Position numbers and translations under genes: made by a program. This document shows positions 1 through 10,842 of a DNA stretch of 64,000 nt, piece after piece. Position 1 is the first letter of the stretch; every line of letters starts with the position of its first letter. The notes under the pieces are model-generated. The model ran no database searches. It saw only the letters and a program-made list of their open reading frames with translations, and was not told the DNA's origin. The DNA comes from an uncultured Clostridia bacterium. Lineage in GTDB: Bacteria > Bacillota > Clostridia > TANB77 > CAG-508. The stretch is taken from positions 136,023 to 200,022 of the forward strand of contig CAKPKJ010000002.1 in NCBI GenBank assembly GCA_934167445.1, given 5' to 3'.

Positions 1-96
1 TCAGCAGTAGTTAGCAAAACAATAAATAAATTAGGAAAAGATGTCGCTGAAGATGTCGAAAAATATATAAAAGAGAATTTTTAGGAGATGGTATAA

Positions 97-870
97 TTGG
101 TAACAATTAAATCAAAAAAAGAAATAGAATATATGAGAGAAGCTTGTAGAGTAGTTGCTGTAATGTATGAGGAATTAGAAAAAAAAATAAAACCAGGAAT
201 GTCAACTTGGGAAGTTGATCAATTAGCAGAAAAAATAATAAGAAGAGAAGGAGCCTTACCTGCAGAAAAAGGTTACCCATCAGGAATGAGAGGAGTGCCA
301 CCATATCCAGCATCAATATGTATATCTATAAATGATGAGGTTATACACGGAATACCTTCAAAACACAAATACATAAAAGAAGGTGATATTGTAAGCATTG
401 ACACAGTAGCACTAAAAAACGGATTTAATGGAGATGCTGCAAGAACATTTATGATAGGAAATGTTTCAAAAGATGCTAAAAGATTAGTAGAAGTAACAAA
501 ACAATCTTTTTATGAAGGAATAAAATATGCAAAGCCAGGTTATAGAATTGGCGATGTATGTCATGCAATTGGTGAATATGTGCGTTCACAAGGTTACTCT
601 GTAGTAAGAGAATTTCAAGGCCATGGAATAGGAAGACAAATGCATGAAGATCCGGGAATACCAAACTATGGAAAAGCAGGAAGAGGAATAAGATTAGAGC
701 CAGGAATGACATTAGCTATAGAACCTATGGTAATTCAAGGAAAACCTAACATTTTAGAATTAGAAGATGGTTGGACAATTATAACAGAAGATGGAAGTTT
801 AGCCGCACACTATGAAAATACAATTTTAATTACAGAAAAAGAGCCAGAAATATTGACAATTTTGAAATAA
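97..870 (+). CDS. map: methionine aminopeptidase type I
   Basis: TTG start after GGAGATGG RBS; N-terminus MVTIKSKKEIEYMREA and M24 fold motifs typical of MetAP; position after secY/adk-type cluster end. Confidence 0.9.
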   Translation: MVTIKSKKEIEYMREACRVVAVMYEELEKKIKPGMSTWEVDQLAEKIIRREGALPAEKGYPSGMRGVPPYPASICISINDEVIHGIPSKHKYIKEGDIVSIDTVALKNGFNGDAARTFMIGNVSKDAKRLVEVTKQSFYEGIKYAKPGYRIGDVCHAIGEYVRSQGYSVVREFQGHGIGRQMHEDPGIPNYGKAGRGIRLEPGMTLAIEPMVIQGKPNILELEDGWTIITEDGSLAAHYENTILITEKEPEILTILK

Positions 871-958
871 TCTTGTATAATGAAATAGTTATTATGCACA
901 ATAGCCCAATTTTGCATAAAAATGTAAAAAAACTCTTTAATAATAGGAGGGGAAAAAG

Positions 959-1177
959 TTGGCAAAAGAAGATGTAATAGAAGTAGAAGGTACTGTTGTA
1001 GAAGCATTACCTAACACAGTTTTTAAAGTAGAACTAAAGAATGGACATCAGATATTAGCTCATATTTCTGGTAAATTAAGAATGAATTATATAAAAATAT
1101 TACCAGGAGATAAAGTAAAGGTAGAACTTTCACCATATGATTTAACAAGAGGAAGAATTACATGGAGAGCTAAATAA
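959..1177 (+). CDS. infA: translation initiation factor IF-1
   Basis: 72 aa, [19 protein letters not shown]...S1-like fold sequence is near-universal IF-1. Confidence 0.93.
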   Translation: MAKEDVIEVEGTVVEALPNTVFKVELKNGHQILAHISGKLRMNYIKILPGDKVKVELSPYDLTRGRITWRAK

Positions 1178-1234
1178 GATAGAAATTAACCCAAAAATAT
1201 AAATTTAAAGCAAAGCCAAGGAGGTGCTAATAAG

Positions 1235-1348
1235 ATGAAAGTAAGACCATCAGTAAAACCAATGTGTGACAAATGCAAAGTTATAAAAAGAAAAGGGGTT
1301 ATAAGAGTAATTTGCGAAAACCCTAAACACAAACAAAGACAAGGATAA
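1235..1348 (+). CDS. rpmJ: 50S ribosomal protein L36
   Basis: 37-aa [40 protein letters not shown] with AGGAGG-like RBS; missed by ORF track (too short); canonical infA-rpmJ-rpsM order. Confidence 0.93.
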   Translation: MKVRPSVKPMCDKCKVIKRKGVIRVICENPKHKQRQG

Positions 1349-1535
1349 TCCTTATAGTTAACAACACAAATGAGGTAGCGGCTGTGAACCTAAAAAAGTT
1401 TAGGTTACATTTATCTAGTTTGTGTTTATATATATGTTCTAAAATCTTAAACTGACTAGAGTAAACGCTAGTACATTTCACTTTTTAAGCTCTTTTGGGA
1501 CAAACAAAACAAAAAATTTGGAGGTGCAAAAAAAT

Positions 1536-1904
1536 ATGGCTCGTATAGCAGGAGTAGATTTACCTAAAGAAAAAAGAGTAGAAATAGGACTTACTTATAT
1601 TTATGGAATAGGAGTATCAAGCTCAAGAAAAATCCTAGAAAAAGCAGGAGTTAATCCAGATATAAGAGTAAAAGACTTAACAGATGACCAAGTAAACGAC
1701 ATAAGAAAGGCAATAGACGAATCTTACATTGTTGAAGGTGACTTAAGAAGAGAAGTAGCATTAAATATTAAAAGATTAACAGAAATCGGATGCTACAGAG
1801 GATTAAGACATAGAAGAGGTCTTCCAGTTAGAGGTCAAAGAACTAAAACTAATGCAAGAACTAGAAAAGGTCCTAGAAAGTTAGTTAGCAAAAGTAAAAA
1901 ATAA
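1536..1904 (+). CDS. rpsM: 30S ribosomal protein S13
   Basis: [10 protein letters not shown]... canonical S13; GGAGGTG RBS 8 nt upstream of ATG 1536 (track start 1518 is TTG inside RBS). Confidence 0.93.
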   Translation: MARIAGVDLPKEKRVEIGLTYIYGIGVSSSRKILEKAGVNPDIRVKDLTDDQVNDIRKAIDESYIVEGDLRREVALNIKRLTEIGCYRGLRHRRGLPVRGQRTKTNARTRKGPRKLVSKSKK

Positions 1905-2090
1905 ACAAAAATCAATTTAAATCAACATCTTGCACATTTTAATTTCATTAATTAAACTTCGACGTACCAGCGTACGCCATCGTCTTGATTAACTTATTAA
2001 AATGCACAATATATTAATTTAAATTAATTTTAACAAACAAATAAATCGAGTATAATTCAAAATAAATTTGAATAAGGAGGAAAAAGCGAA

Positions 2091-2486
2091 ATGGCTAAAA
2101 ATGTAACAACAAAAAAAGTAGCTAGAAGAAATAGAAAAAACATCGAAAAAGGTGCAGCTCATATTCATTCTAGTTTTAACAATACAATAGTTACAATTAC
2201 AGATACACAAGGAAATACAATATCATGGGGAAGTGCCGGAGAATTAGGTTACAAAGGTTCAAGAAAAAGCACACCATTTGCAGCTGGTCAAGTTGCAGAA
2301 ACAGCAGCTAAAATTGCTATGGAACATGGTTTAAAATCAGTAGAAGTATTTGTTAAAGGACCAGGTTCAGGAAGAGAAGCAGCAATTCGTTCATTACAAA
2401 CAGCTGGATTAGAAATAAGTGCAATCAAAGATGTAACACCAATACCTCATAATGGTTGTAGACCACCAAAAAGAAGAAGAGTATAG
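2091..2486 (+). CDS. rpsK: 30S ribosomal protein S11
   Basis: [13 protein letters not shown]...[12 protein letters not shown] canonical S11. Confidence 0.93.
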   Translation: MAKNVTTKKVARRNRKNIEKGAAHIHSSFNNTIVTITDTQGNTISWGSAGELGYKGSRKSTPFAAGQVAETAAKIAMEHGLKSVEVFVKGPGSGREAAIRSLQTAGLEISAIKDVTPIPHNGCRPPKRRRV

Positions 2487-2516
2487 AATTAGTAAATAAG
2501 TGAAAGGAGTATAGAA

Positions 2517-3143
2517 ATGGCAAGATATATAGATGAACAATGCCGTAGATGCCGTAGAGAAGGACAAAAATTGTTCTTAAAAGGTGACAGATGTTATTCA
2601 GACAAATGCAGTATTTCAAGAAGAAACTATGCACCAGGTGACCATGGACAAAAAAGAGCAAAACTTTCTGAATACGGAACACAATTAAGAGAAAAACAAA
2701 AAACAAAAACATACTATGGAGTTGGAGAAAAACAATTTAGAAAATATTTTGAAATGGCTTCAAACCAAAAAGGTGTAACAGGTGAAGCTTTATTACAAAT
2801 ATTAGAAAGCAGATTAGATAACGTAGTATACAGATTAGGATTTGGTGCATCAAGAGCACAAGCTAGACAACTTGTAAACCATGCACAATTCGAAGTAAAT
2901 GGAAAGAAGGTTAATATACCATCTTACTTAGTAAAAGCTGGAGATATTATCACAGTAAGAGAAAACAAAAAAGATAATGCAACATTAAAAGCTAATGTTG
3001 AAGAATCAGCTAAAAGACCAGTACCAGCTTGGCTAGAAAGAGATACAGAAAAATTAAGTGGTAAAGTAATTAAACTAGCATCTAGAGAAGATATTGATAT
3101 TCCAATCGAAGAACATTTAATAGTAGAGCTTTACTCAAAATAA
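2517..3143 (+). CDS. rpsD: 30S ribosomal protein S4
   Basis: [31 protein letters not shown] zinc-ribbon S4 N-terminus. Confidence 0.93.
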   Translation: MARYIDEQCRRCRREGQKLFLKGDRCYSDKCSISRRNYAPGDHGQKRAKLSEYGTQLREKQKTKTYYGVGEKQFRKYFEMASNQKGVTGEALLQILESRLDNVVYRLGFGASRAQARQLVNHAQFEVNGKKVNIPSYLVKAGDIITVRENKKDNATLKANVEESAKRPVPAWLERDTEKLSGKVIKLASREDIDIPIEEHLIVELYSK

Positions 3144-3246
3144 TAATTAAAAGTTATATAATAGAAACTTTTAAAATTTTACTTGAAAAAACTTAAACAA
3201 GGTTTTAAAAAGTTTGAGATATAATCTCGAATATTAGGAGGTAAAA

Positions 3247-4194
3247 ATGATAGAATTTGAAAAGCCAAATATTGAATGTCTAGAAGTGGATGATGCAAAC
3301 AATTATGCAAAATTTGTATGTGAACCATTAGAAAGAGGTTATGGAGTAACAATAGGTAACTCATTAAGAAGAATTTTGCTTTCATCACTTCCAGGTTGTG
3401 CTATAACAAGTGTAAAAATAGATGGAGTATTACATGAATTCTCAGCAATAGATAATGTTGTTGAAGATGTTCCAGAATTAATTGTAAATTTAAAAAACGT
3501 AAGACTAAAATTTGACGGTGAAAAAGAAAAAGTTTTAAGAATAGAAGCTAAAGGCGAAGGTGAAGTATTAGCTGGAGATATAATAACAGATGGAACAGTA
3601 GAAATATTAAATCCAGATTTACATATAGCAACAATAGCTGAAGGTGGAAACTTAAAAATGGAAATGACAGCAGATAGAGGAAGAGGATATAATTCTTCTG
3701 AAAAGAATAAAAAACCAAATCAAGATATCTCTGTACTTCCAATAGATTCAATTTATACACCAGTTAAAAAAGTAAATTATCAAGTAGAAAACACAAGAGT
3801 TGGGCAAATGGTAGATTATGATAAATTAGTAATTGAAGTTTGGACAGATGGAAGCTTAAAAGCTCATGAAGCTTTAAGTTTAGCTGCAAAAGTTATGACA
3901 GGACATTTAGAATTATTTATAGATTTATCTGAAGCAGCAAAAAATACACAAGTTATGATTGAAAAAGAAGAATCTAAAAAAGAAAAAATCCTTGAAATGA
4001 CTATAGAAGAATTAGAATTATCTGTAAGATCATTCAATTGTTTGAAGAGAGCTGGAATATCAACAGTTGAAGACTTAACAAACAAAACAGATGCAGAAAT
4101 GATGAAGGTTAGAAACCTTGGTAAAAAATCATTAGAAGAAGTTATTGCAAAATTACATTCATTAGGATTAGATTTTGCAAAAGAAGATGAATAA
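3247..4194 (+). CDS. rpoA: DNA-directed RNA polymerase subunit alpha
   Basis: 315 aa; N-terminal dimerisation and C-terminal alpha-CTD ([18 protein letters not shown]) motifs. Confidence 0.93.
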   Translation: MIEFEKPNIECLEVDDANNYAKFVCEPLERGYGVTIGNSLRRILLSSLPGCAITSVKIDGVLHEFSAIDNVVEDVPELIVNLKNVRLKFDGEKEKVLRIEAKGEGEVLAGDIITDGTVEILNPDLHIATIAEGGNLKMEMTADRGRGYNSSEKNKKPNQDISVLPIDSIYTPVKKVNYQVENTRVGQMVDYDKLVIEVWTDGSLKAHEALSLAAKVMTGHLELFIDLSEAAKNTQVMIEKEESKKEKILEMTIEELELSVRSFNCLKRAGISTVEDLTNKTDAEMMKVRNLGKKSLEEVIAKLHSLGLDFAKEDE

Positions 4195-4218
4195 ATTAGG
4201 AAGGTAAGGTGAATAAAA

Positions 4219-4746
4219 GTGGCTACTAATAGAAAATTAGGAAGAACTACAGATATTAGAATGGCAATGCTAAAAACATTAACAACAGACCTTATTATGC
4301 ACGGAAAAATAGAAACTACTTTACCAAGAGCAAAAGAAGTAAAATCAATAGCTGATAGCTTAATTGCTTTAGCAATAAAAGAAAAAGATAACTTCGAAAC
4401 AGTTGATGTAAAAGTAGTAAAAGCAAAATTAGATGCAAAAGGTAATAAAGAAACAGAATTAGTAAAAAGCAAAAATGGTAAAGAATATCTAAAAGTAGTA
4501 AAAGAAGAAACTACTGAAAAAAGACAAAAAGATATGCCATCAAGATTAAATGCAAGAAGAAAAATGATGAAAAAAATCAATAAAGTAAAAGATAGTGAAG
4601 GAAATAATGTTGATTTACCATCAAAACTATTCAACGAAATAGCTCCAAAATATGCTGATAAAAACGTAGGTGGATATACACGTATAGTTAAAGCTGGTCC
4701 AAGAAGAGGAGACGGAGCTGAAGTTGCAATATTACAATTAATCTAG
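4219..4746 (+). CDS. rplQ: 50S ribosomal protein L17 (with Lys-rich C-terminal extension)
   Basis: GTG start; MATNRKLGRTTDIRMAMLK... canonical L17 core plus extended K/E-rich region. Confidence 0.88.
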   Translation: MATNRKLGRTTDIRMAMLKTLTTDLIMHGKIETTLPRAKEVKSIADSLIALAIKEKDNFETVDVKVVKAKLDAKGNKETELVKSKNGKEYLKVVKEETTEKRQKDMPSRLNARRKMMKKINKVKDSEGNNVDLPSKLFNEIAPKYADKNVGGYTRIVKAGPRRGDGAEVAILQLI

Positions 4747-4871
4747 TTCTAAAACAAAACGAAAAAGATAAAAAACAGGACTCAAAACATAAGTATTAGT
4801 TTAGAGTCTGTTTTTTTATGTGTATCAAAAGCCTCAAAAATCTCATATAATGATATATAGGAGGCATACAA

Positions 4872-5222
4872 ATGGAGTTTATATTTAATATTATTTTTTG
4901 GACCTTAGCAATATATGGTTTGTTTGAAATTATAAAAAATATTATATATATTCATACATACACAAAATTTAAAAGAAATGGTACATATGTAATAATAGCT
5001 GTAAAAAATCAAGAAGAAAATATCGAAGCATTTATGAGGTCAACTTTATTTAAAATGTTATACGGAAAAGAAGAATATGTAAAAAATATAATGGCAGTAG
5101 ATTTAAAATCAGAAGACCAAACAAAAGATATATTAAAAAAGATGTCCAAGGATTATGAATGTTTGCAAATACTAAGTTGGAAAGAATGTAAAGATTTAAT
5201 AGATAATATCGACGAAAATTAA
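4872..5222 (+). CDS. hypothetical small membrane protein
   Basis: 116-aa ORF with N-terminal TM helix, own RBS GGAGG; no recognisable family. Confidence 0.45.
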   Translation: MEFIFNIIFWTLAIYGLFEIIKNIIYIHTYTKFKRNGTYVIIAVKNQEENIEAFMRSTLFKMLYGKEEYVKNIMAVDLKSEDQTKDILKKMSKDYECLQILSWKECKDLIDNIDEN

Positions 5223-5386
5223 GTAAGTTAATATGTTAGTTTGATACATTGCAGTATGACTTACAAGGTTAATAGTATGCAATTATAAGGTGAAATGATA
5301 AGTAAATGTAAGTGGAATAGCATATAAAAATCTTGAAAAAGGCCAATAATTATGATAGACTAAAAAGCAGTAAAAAGGAGAAAGTA

Positions 5387-7621
5387 ATGGAAATAACCGG
5401 AGAAATTATAACAATAATTTATACTAATAAAATAAATAGTTATACAATTGCTGAAATGGAAACTGACGAAGAAGTGGTAACAGTTGTGGGTTATTTACCT
5501 TTTATAAATATTGGAGATACATTAAAACTAATAGGAAGATTTGTAGAACATAAAGATTATGGCAGACAATTTAAAGTAGATACATTTGAAAAAGTTATGC
5601 CACAAACTACAGCAGCATTAGAAAAATATTTAGCAAATGGTAATATAAAAGGAATTGGAGCAGCAATAGCTAAAAGGATAATAAAAAAATTTGGAGAAGA
5701 AACAATATATGTATTCCAACATCAACCAGAAAGACTAGCAGAAATACGTGGAATATCTAAAGAAGGAGCACAAGAAATGTCAGCCAGTTTTGTAGAAAAC
5801 TGGGAAGTATGGCAAATAGTAGGATTTCTAGAAAAGTTCGGAATAGGAGCTGAATATGCCAAAAAGGTATATGATTTATTAGGAACAGAAGCAATTGAAA
5901 AAATAGAGGAAAACCCATATATCTTAATGGATATAGCTAAAAATGTTGATTTTAAACAAATTGACAAGATGGCATTAGACTTAGGAATTAGTTATGACAA
6001 TGAAAGAAGGATTGCTAGTGGGATTAAATACGGATTAGTAAGGGCTACATACAATGGAAATAGTTGTGTAGTAAAAGACAATTTAATTGAATTTGTAATT
6101 CAACTATTAGATGTAACAAATGAGCAGATAGAAAATGCGCTAATAAATTTAAATGCCAAGGAAGAAATAGTTTTAGAAAAAAGAAACAATATAGAATATA
6201 TATATCTATATATATATTATGCGGCAGAAGAGGAAATAGCAATAAGAATAAAAAAATTGCAAGAAGCTCCAAATATGAAAAAAATATCAGGCTTAAAAAG
6301 TAAATTGAAATACATAGAAGAAAATTCAAAAATCGAATTATCAGAAAAACAAAAAGAAGCAATTGAAATTGTAAACAATAACAATGTAACAATAATAACA
6401 GGCGGTCCAGGTACAGGAAAAACAACAATAATAAAAAACATAATAGAATTATATGAAGATTATGGTAAAAAAGTAGTATTAGCAGCTCCAACAGGAAGAG
6501 CCGCAAAAAGAATGACAGAAACAACAGGAAAAGAGGCATCAACATTACATAGATTATTGGAAATAGGAAAATTAGATGAAGACAATTTATTTAAAGATAC
6601 AAGAGAATATCAAGGTGCACCAATAGATGCTGATGTAATAATAGTTGACGAAGTGTCAATGATGGATATGTTTATAATGAATTATCTATTAAAATGTGTA
6701 TATCAAGGGACCAAATTGGTGTTAGTAGGAGACATAGATCAATTAGCCTCTGTAGGACCAGGAAGTGTATTAAAAGATTTAATAAATTCAGAAAAAATAG
6801 AAACAATTAGATTAGACAAAATTTTTAGACAAGCTGCGAAAAGTAAGATAATTTTAAATGCACATAAAGTAAATAATGGAGAAAAATTCTTAAGTAAAGA
6901 AGAAATAACAGAAGATGTAGAAGAAGATTTTTTCTTTATAAAAGAAAATACACAAGAAAAAATGTTGGCACAAGTTATATCTTTATGCACAGGCAGATTA
7001 GAAAAATATGGAGACTATGATTTTTTTCAGAACATACAAGTATTGTCAGCTACGAAAAAAGGAATATTAGGAACAAAAGAATTAAACAAAGTATTACAGT
7101 CACAATTAAATCCCAATTTAAATAATTTACCAGAAAAGGCAAGTCAGGGAGCTGTATTTCGTAGAGGCGACAGAGTAATGCAGATAAAAAACAACTATGA
7201 TATTTATTGGGAAAAAGGAGAAAATAGGACAAAAGGAACATCTAATAAGGAAATAGGAAATGGTGTATTTAATGGAGAAATTGGAACCATAATAAACATA
7301 GATGAAAAGGAAAAACAAATAGAAATACAATTTGATGACAATAAAAAAGTTTTATATGAATTTTCAGAACTAGACCAAATAGAACATAGTTATGCAATAA
7401 CAATACATAAAGCACAAGGAAGTGAATTTGATGTCGTAATAATGGTAATACCTCCAACATCACCAATGCTACTTACAAGAAATCTATTATATACAGGAAT
7501 AACAAGAGCAAAAAAACTTCTTATAATAGTTAGTACAGAAAAAGTAATAGAATTTATGATACAAAATATTGATAGTAGAAAACGAAATACAGGACTAGAA
7601 CATAAATTAAGAGAATTATAA
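5387..7621 (+). CDS. recD2: ATP-dependent RecD-like DNA helicase (RecD2)
   Basis: Walker A GGPGTGKTT, Walker B VIIVDEVSMMD, HhH region, SH3-like C-term; AAGGAG RBS before ATG 5387 (track TTG 5333 less likely). Confidence 0.88.
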   Translation: MEITGEIITIIYTNKINSYTIAEMETDEEVVTVVGYLPFINIGDTLKLIGRFVEHKDYGRQFKVDTFEKVMPQTTAALEKYLANGNIKGIGAAIAKRIIKKFGEETIYVFQHQPERLAEIRGISKEGAQEMSASFVENWEVWQIVGFLEKFGIGAEYAKKVYDLLGTEAIEKIEENPYILMDIAKNVDFKQIDKMALDLGISYDNERRIASGIKYGLVRATYNGNSCVVKDNLIEFVIQLLDVTNEQIENALINLNAKEEIVLEKRNNIEYIYLYIYYAAEEEIAIRIKKLQEAPNMKKISGLKSKLKYIEENSKIELSEKQKEAIEIVNNNNVTIITGGPGTGKTTIIKNIIELYEDYGKKVVLAAPTGRAAKRMTETTGKEASTLHRLLEIGKLDEDNLFKDTREYQGAPIDADVIIVDEVSMMDMFIMNYLLKCVYQGTKLVLVGDIDQLASVGPGSVLKDLINSEKIETIRLDKIFRQAAKSKIILNAHKVNNGEKFLSKEEITEDVEEDFFFIKENTQEKMLAQVISLCTGRLEKYGDYDFFQNIQVLSATKKGILGTKELNKVLQSQLNPNLNNLPEKASQGAVFRRGDRVMQIKNNYDIYWEKGENRTKGTSNKEIGNGVFNGEIGTIINIDEKEKQIEIQFDDNKKVLYEFSELDQIEHSYAITIHKAQGSEFDVVIMVIPPTSPMLLTRNLLYTGITRAKKLLIIVSTEKVIEFMIQNIDSRKRNTGLEHKLREL

Positions 7622-7849
7622 AGCATCTCAATATAATTTGATAAATTGAAAATGTAAAATCAAGTTACTGATAAAAAGATTGTAAAAAATATTTTAAAGG
7701 ATTTAAGCAACTGGTACAATTCATCAGTAAAATTTTATGTAAATTTACAAACAAGTGTTGATTTAAAACTTAATTAGTGGTATAATAAAAAGACGCATTT
7801 GTAGTAACCTTTGTTAAAAATTAGAACAAGGGAAAGAGAAAGGAAAAAA

Positions 7850-8008
7850 ATGACAAATACGTTTTTTAAGAAAGCAGTAGCAATTCTTGCAAAAGTAGCA
7901 ATCATTATGTCATTAACAGCAATTTTTATTGCTTTATTAGCATTTGAAAGCAATTTTTGTGCAGCTGCTACTGCATTAGTGCTTATAATTGTAATAACTT
8001 ATTTTTAG
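7850..8008 (+). CDS. small hydrophobic protein (52 aa), own promoter and terminator
   Basis: MTNTFFKKAVAILAKVAIIMSLTAIFIALLAFESNFCAAATALVLIIVITYF; TTGATT-17-TATAAT promoter ~7760-7790, RBS AGAAAGGAAAAAA, hairpin terminator 8022-8050. Confidence 0.4.
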   Translation: MTNTFFKKAVAILAKVAIIMSLTAIFIALLAFESNFCAAATALVLIIVITYF

Positions 8009-8073
8009 CCTTTCTAAACAAAGAAGCTCCTATATAGGAGCTTTTCTATTATATATAAAAAGGAGGAAAAGTT

Positions 8074-8721
8074 ATATTAGAACAAATTTTAAATCTTATT
8101 TATCCACCAGTCTGTGGAATATGTGGAAAATTAAATCAAAACTATTTATGTCAAAAGTGTGAAAATATGCTAAAAAATCGAGCAGAATTTAAAGTCGAAA
8201 AATTCCAAAAAGAATCAAAAAATTTTAATGAACTTTTATACATTTTCAAATATGAGGGAATAATAAGAAAAACAATATTAAGATATAAATTCCAGGAAAA
8301 ATCATATACATATAAAACTTTTGTAAATTTTATGTTAAAAAACAAAAAATTCTTTGAATTTATAAAAAGTTATGATACAATTGTACCAGTTCCAATTAGC
8401 AACAAAAGATATAAAGAAAGAGGATATAACCAAAGTTATCTTCTTGCAAGGGAAATATCTAGAAATACAATGTTGAAATTACAAAATAGAAGTATAATAA
8501 AAAATAAGAATATTATTGAGCAAAGTAAGCTTAATAAAGAAGAAAGAAAAGCAAATATACAAGGAGTATATAAATTAATCGATAGCAAAAATATAAAAAA
8601 TAAAAATATTATTTTGATAGATGATATTTATACAACAGGAAGTACTGTAAACGAATGTGCAAGAGTATTACAACAGGCACGTCCAAAATCAATTTCAGTA
8701 CTTGTGATTGCTAAAGATTAA
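8074..8721 (+). CDS. comFC: ComF operon protein C-like phosphoribosyltransferase
   Basis: N-terminal CxxC...CxxC zinc finger (PPVCGICG...CQKC) and C-terminal PRTase motif ILIDDIYTTGST; no canonical start codon upstream of first ATG (8167), so 5' end is uncertain. Confidence 0.7.
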   Translation: MLEQILNLIYPPVCGICGKLNQNYLCQKCENMLKNRAEFKVEKFQKESKNFNELLYIFKYEGIIRKTILRYKFQEKSYTYKTFVNFMLKNKKFFEFIKSYDTIVPVPISNKRYKERGYNQSYLLAREISRNTMLKLQNRSIIKNKNIIEQSKLNKEERKANIQGVYKLIDSKNIKNKNIILIDDIYTTGSTVNECARVLQQARPKSISVLVIAKD

Positions 8722-8759
8722 ATATAATAAGAACAAGTACAAAGGAGGAATTTCAGAAT

Positions 8760-10760
8760 ATGGAAGACTTAGTAGAAAGCATTTTAGATTATATAAGGTC
8801 AGATTATACAGATTATGCAGTAATGCTAAATGGAGAATGGGGTTCAGGAAAAACACATTTTTGGAATAACAAAATAAGAAAAAAAATTGAATCAATGCAA
8901 CTAAATGGTAAAAGCTATACAACTATATATATGTCCTTATATGGAATCTCTAACTTAGAAGAAATAAGCAAAAAAATCTTTATAGAAACAACGCAATTAA
9001 TGGATAAAAATTTAAGAAAGTTTATGGCTGCAAATGGGCAAGAAACTATTCCAGAATATGCAAAAACAGGAATTGATATGGCAAACTTTTTTGGCGTTAC
9101 TCAAAATGGAGACAGAGTTGATTATTCAGACTTTTTCTCAACTGATGATAAAGTACTATGCTTTGATGACTTAGAAAGGGCAAATGTAGATGTTATTGAT
9201 ATTTTGGGTTATATTAATAACTTTGTTGAGCATGACCATATAAAAACAATAATCATATGTAATGAAAAAGAACTAGCAACAAAACTAAAAAGTTCAAACT
9301 TGGAAATGAAAACATTTATAGCTACTTATTTGTTAGATAAACAAAATGAATTAACAAAGGCAGATAAACCAATAGTTGAAAAAATACAAGATAAAATAGA
9401 GCATGTATTTGATAAAGCAAATGATTATGAAAGAATAAAAGAAAAATTAATTGGTGAAACTTTTGAATATGCTCCTAAATTTGATTATATAATTAACGGA
9501 ATTTTAATGAGATATGAAAATAATCCAGACTTGATTAGATTTTTAAGAGAAAACACTAAATTAATAATATCAACATTTGAAAGAAGCGGAACAAGAAACT
9601 TAAGAATCTTAAAACACGCGTTAAATGATTTTAAAAAAATCTATGAAATGGTAAATGCCTCATATCCTAATACAAGCCATAGAGTAATGCAAACAATGCT
9701 TATATTTACAATAGCAATATCTTTTGAAATAAAAGCAGGAAAAGTAACTAAAGATAAATTTATAAATATTAAAGACAATGAAGAATATAAATCAATATTA
9801 GTATCATCAAGAATTCTTATGGATAACAGACAATTTTATATAAAAGAATTTGACAATAATTATTATTACAATTTTAAATCAGAATATCGTTTCTTTAAAT
9901 TTATAGAATACTATGTAAGAACACGTATATTTGATATGAAATTATTTAAAGAAAATATGGAAACTATAAGAAATACAGTAGATACAGAGAATTTACCTGC
10001 ATATAAAAGATTACTTACAGAAGAATATTGGAAAATATCTGATGACCAGTTTGAAGGTGTAATAAAAGAAATACTAGAAGACGTAAAAGAAGGAAAATTA
10101 AAACTAATAGATATGGTAAAAATGTTTGCATATTTTAGCTATTTTTCAAGAAAAAATTTAATTGATTATGATTTAAAAACATTAAAAAGCGTATTTTTCA
10201 ATGGAATGAATATTGCATCATTATCTTCTGAATATTGTTCAAATGTGAAAGAGGAATTAGGAAAAATAGCAATAGAAGAAGTTGCTGAAGATATGGAAGA
10301 TATATTAAAACATTTCAATATGCTAAATGAACAATTATTAGAGAAAATGAATAAAGAAAAAGCAGAAGATATAATGAAATGTATTCCAATGAGAATGGAA
10401 CAATTCTATGAAAAATTTGATAAGTATTGTATGGAGGTTCCAATATTTAAATATTATGATCCATTCCAATTGTTCCAAAGAATATCATGTGCAAGTAATG
10501 AAGACATAGTTTTAATTAAAGAAAAATTAATAGATAGAGTAGAAAAAAATGCCAAGAAAATTGAACCAGAAATGAAAAATATCAAACAATTAAAACAAAT
10601 AATAGAAGATTACTTAAAAGGAAAAGAACCAAGCATAAAATATGTTATGCTAAAAGAGTTTGCAGAAACGTTAGAATATATATTAAGTAAATATAAAACA
10701 AGCTTTTTGCCTAAAAAACCAGAAAATACTGAAACGAGTGTTTTACCAGGAATTGAATAA
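8760..10760 (+). CDS. KAP family P-loop NTPase
   Basis: Walker A GEWGSGKTHF with the KAP-diagnostic Trp; Walker B VLCFDDLER; 666 aa alpha-helical C-terminal region. Confidence 0.7.
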   Translation: MEDLVESILDYIRSDYTDYAVMLNGEWGSGKTHFWNNKIRKKIESMQLNGKSYTTIYMSLYGISNLEEISKKIFIETTQLMDKNLRKFMAANGQETIPEYAKTGIDMANFFGVTQNGDRVDYSDFFSTDDKVLCFDDLERANVDVIDILGYINNFVEHDHIKTIIICNEKELATKLKSSNLEMKTFIATYLLDKQNELTKADKPIVEKIQDKIEHVFDKANDYERIKEKLIGETFEYAPKFDYIINGILMRYENNPDLIRFLRENTKLIISTFERSGTRNLRILKHALNDFKKIYEMVNASYPNTSHRVMQTMLIFTIAISFEIKAGKVTKDKFINIKDNEEYKSILVSSRILMDNRQFYIKEFDNNYYYNFKSEYRFFKFIEYYVRTRIFDMKLFKENMETIRNTVDTENLPAYKRLLTEEYWKISDDQFEGVIKEILEDVKEGKLKLIDMVKMFAYFSYFSRKNLIDYDLKTLKSVFFNGMNIASLSSEYCSNVKEELGKIAIEEVAEDMEDILKHFNMLNEQLLEKMNKEKAEDIMKCIPMRMEQFYEKFDKYCMEVPIFKYYDPFQLFQRISCASNEDIVLIKEKLIDRVEKNAKKIEPEMKNIKQLKQIIEDYLKGKEPSIKYVMLKEFAETLEYILSKYKTSFLPKKPENTETSVLPGIE

Positions 10761-10842
10761 CAATTTCTAATTATGAATAATTTTCCCCTTTTTTGTAATA
10801 ATAAGAATATAAAAGCAAAACGAAAGCAAGGGAGGAAAATTA

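Noticed and set aside
3864-4634. 256-aa minus-strand ORF overlapping rpoA/rplQ, and similar long antisense ORFs (6045-6545, 10610-11227, 15426-15821, 30885-31328, 45261-45863, 50835-51266, 56697-57338, 61253-61708)
   Set aside because: These are shadow ORFs antisense to well-supported genes, with Leu/Phe/Ser-rich low-complexity translations typical of AT-rich antisense frames and no RBS.
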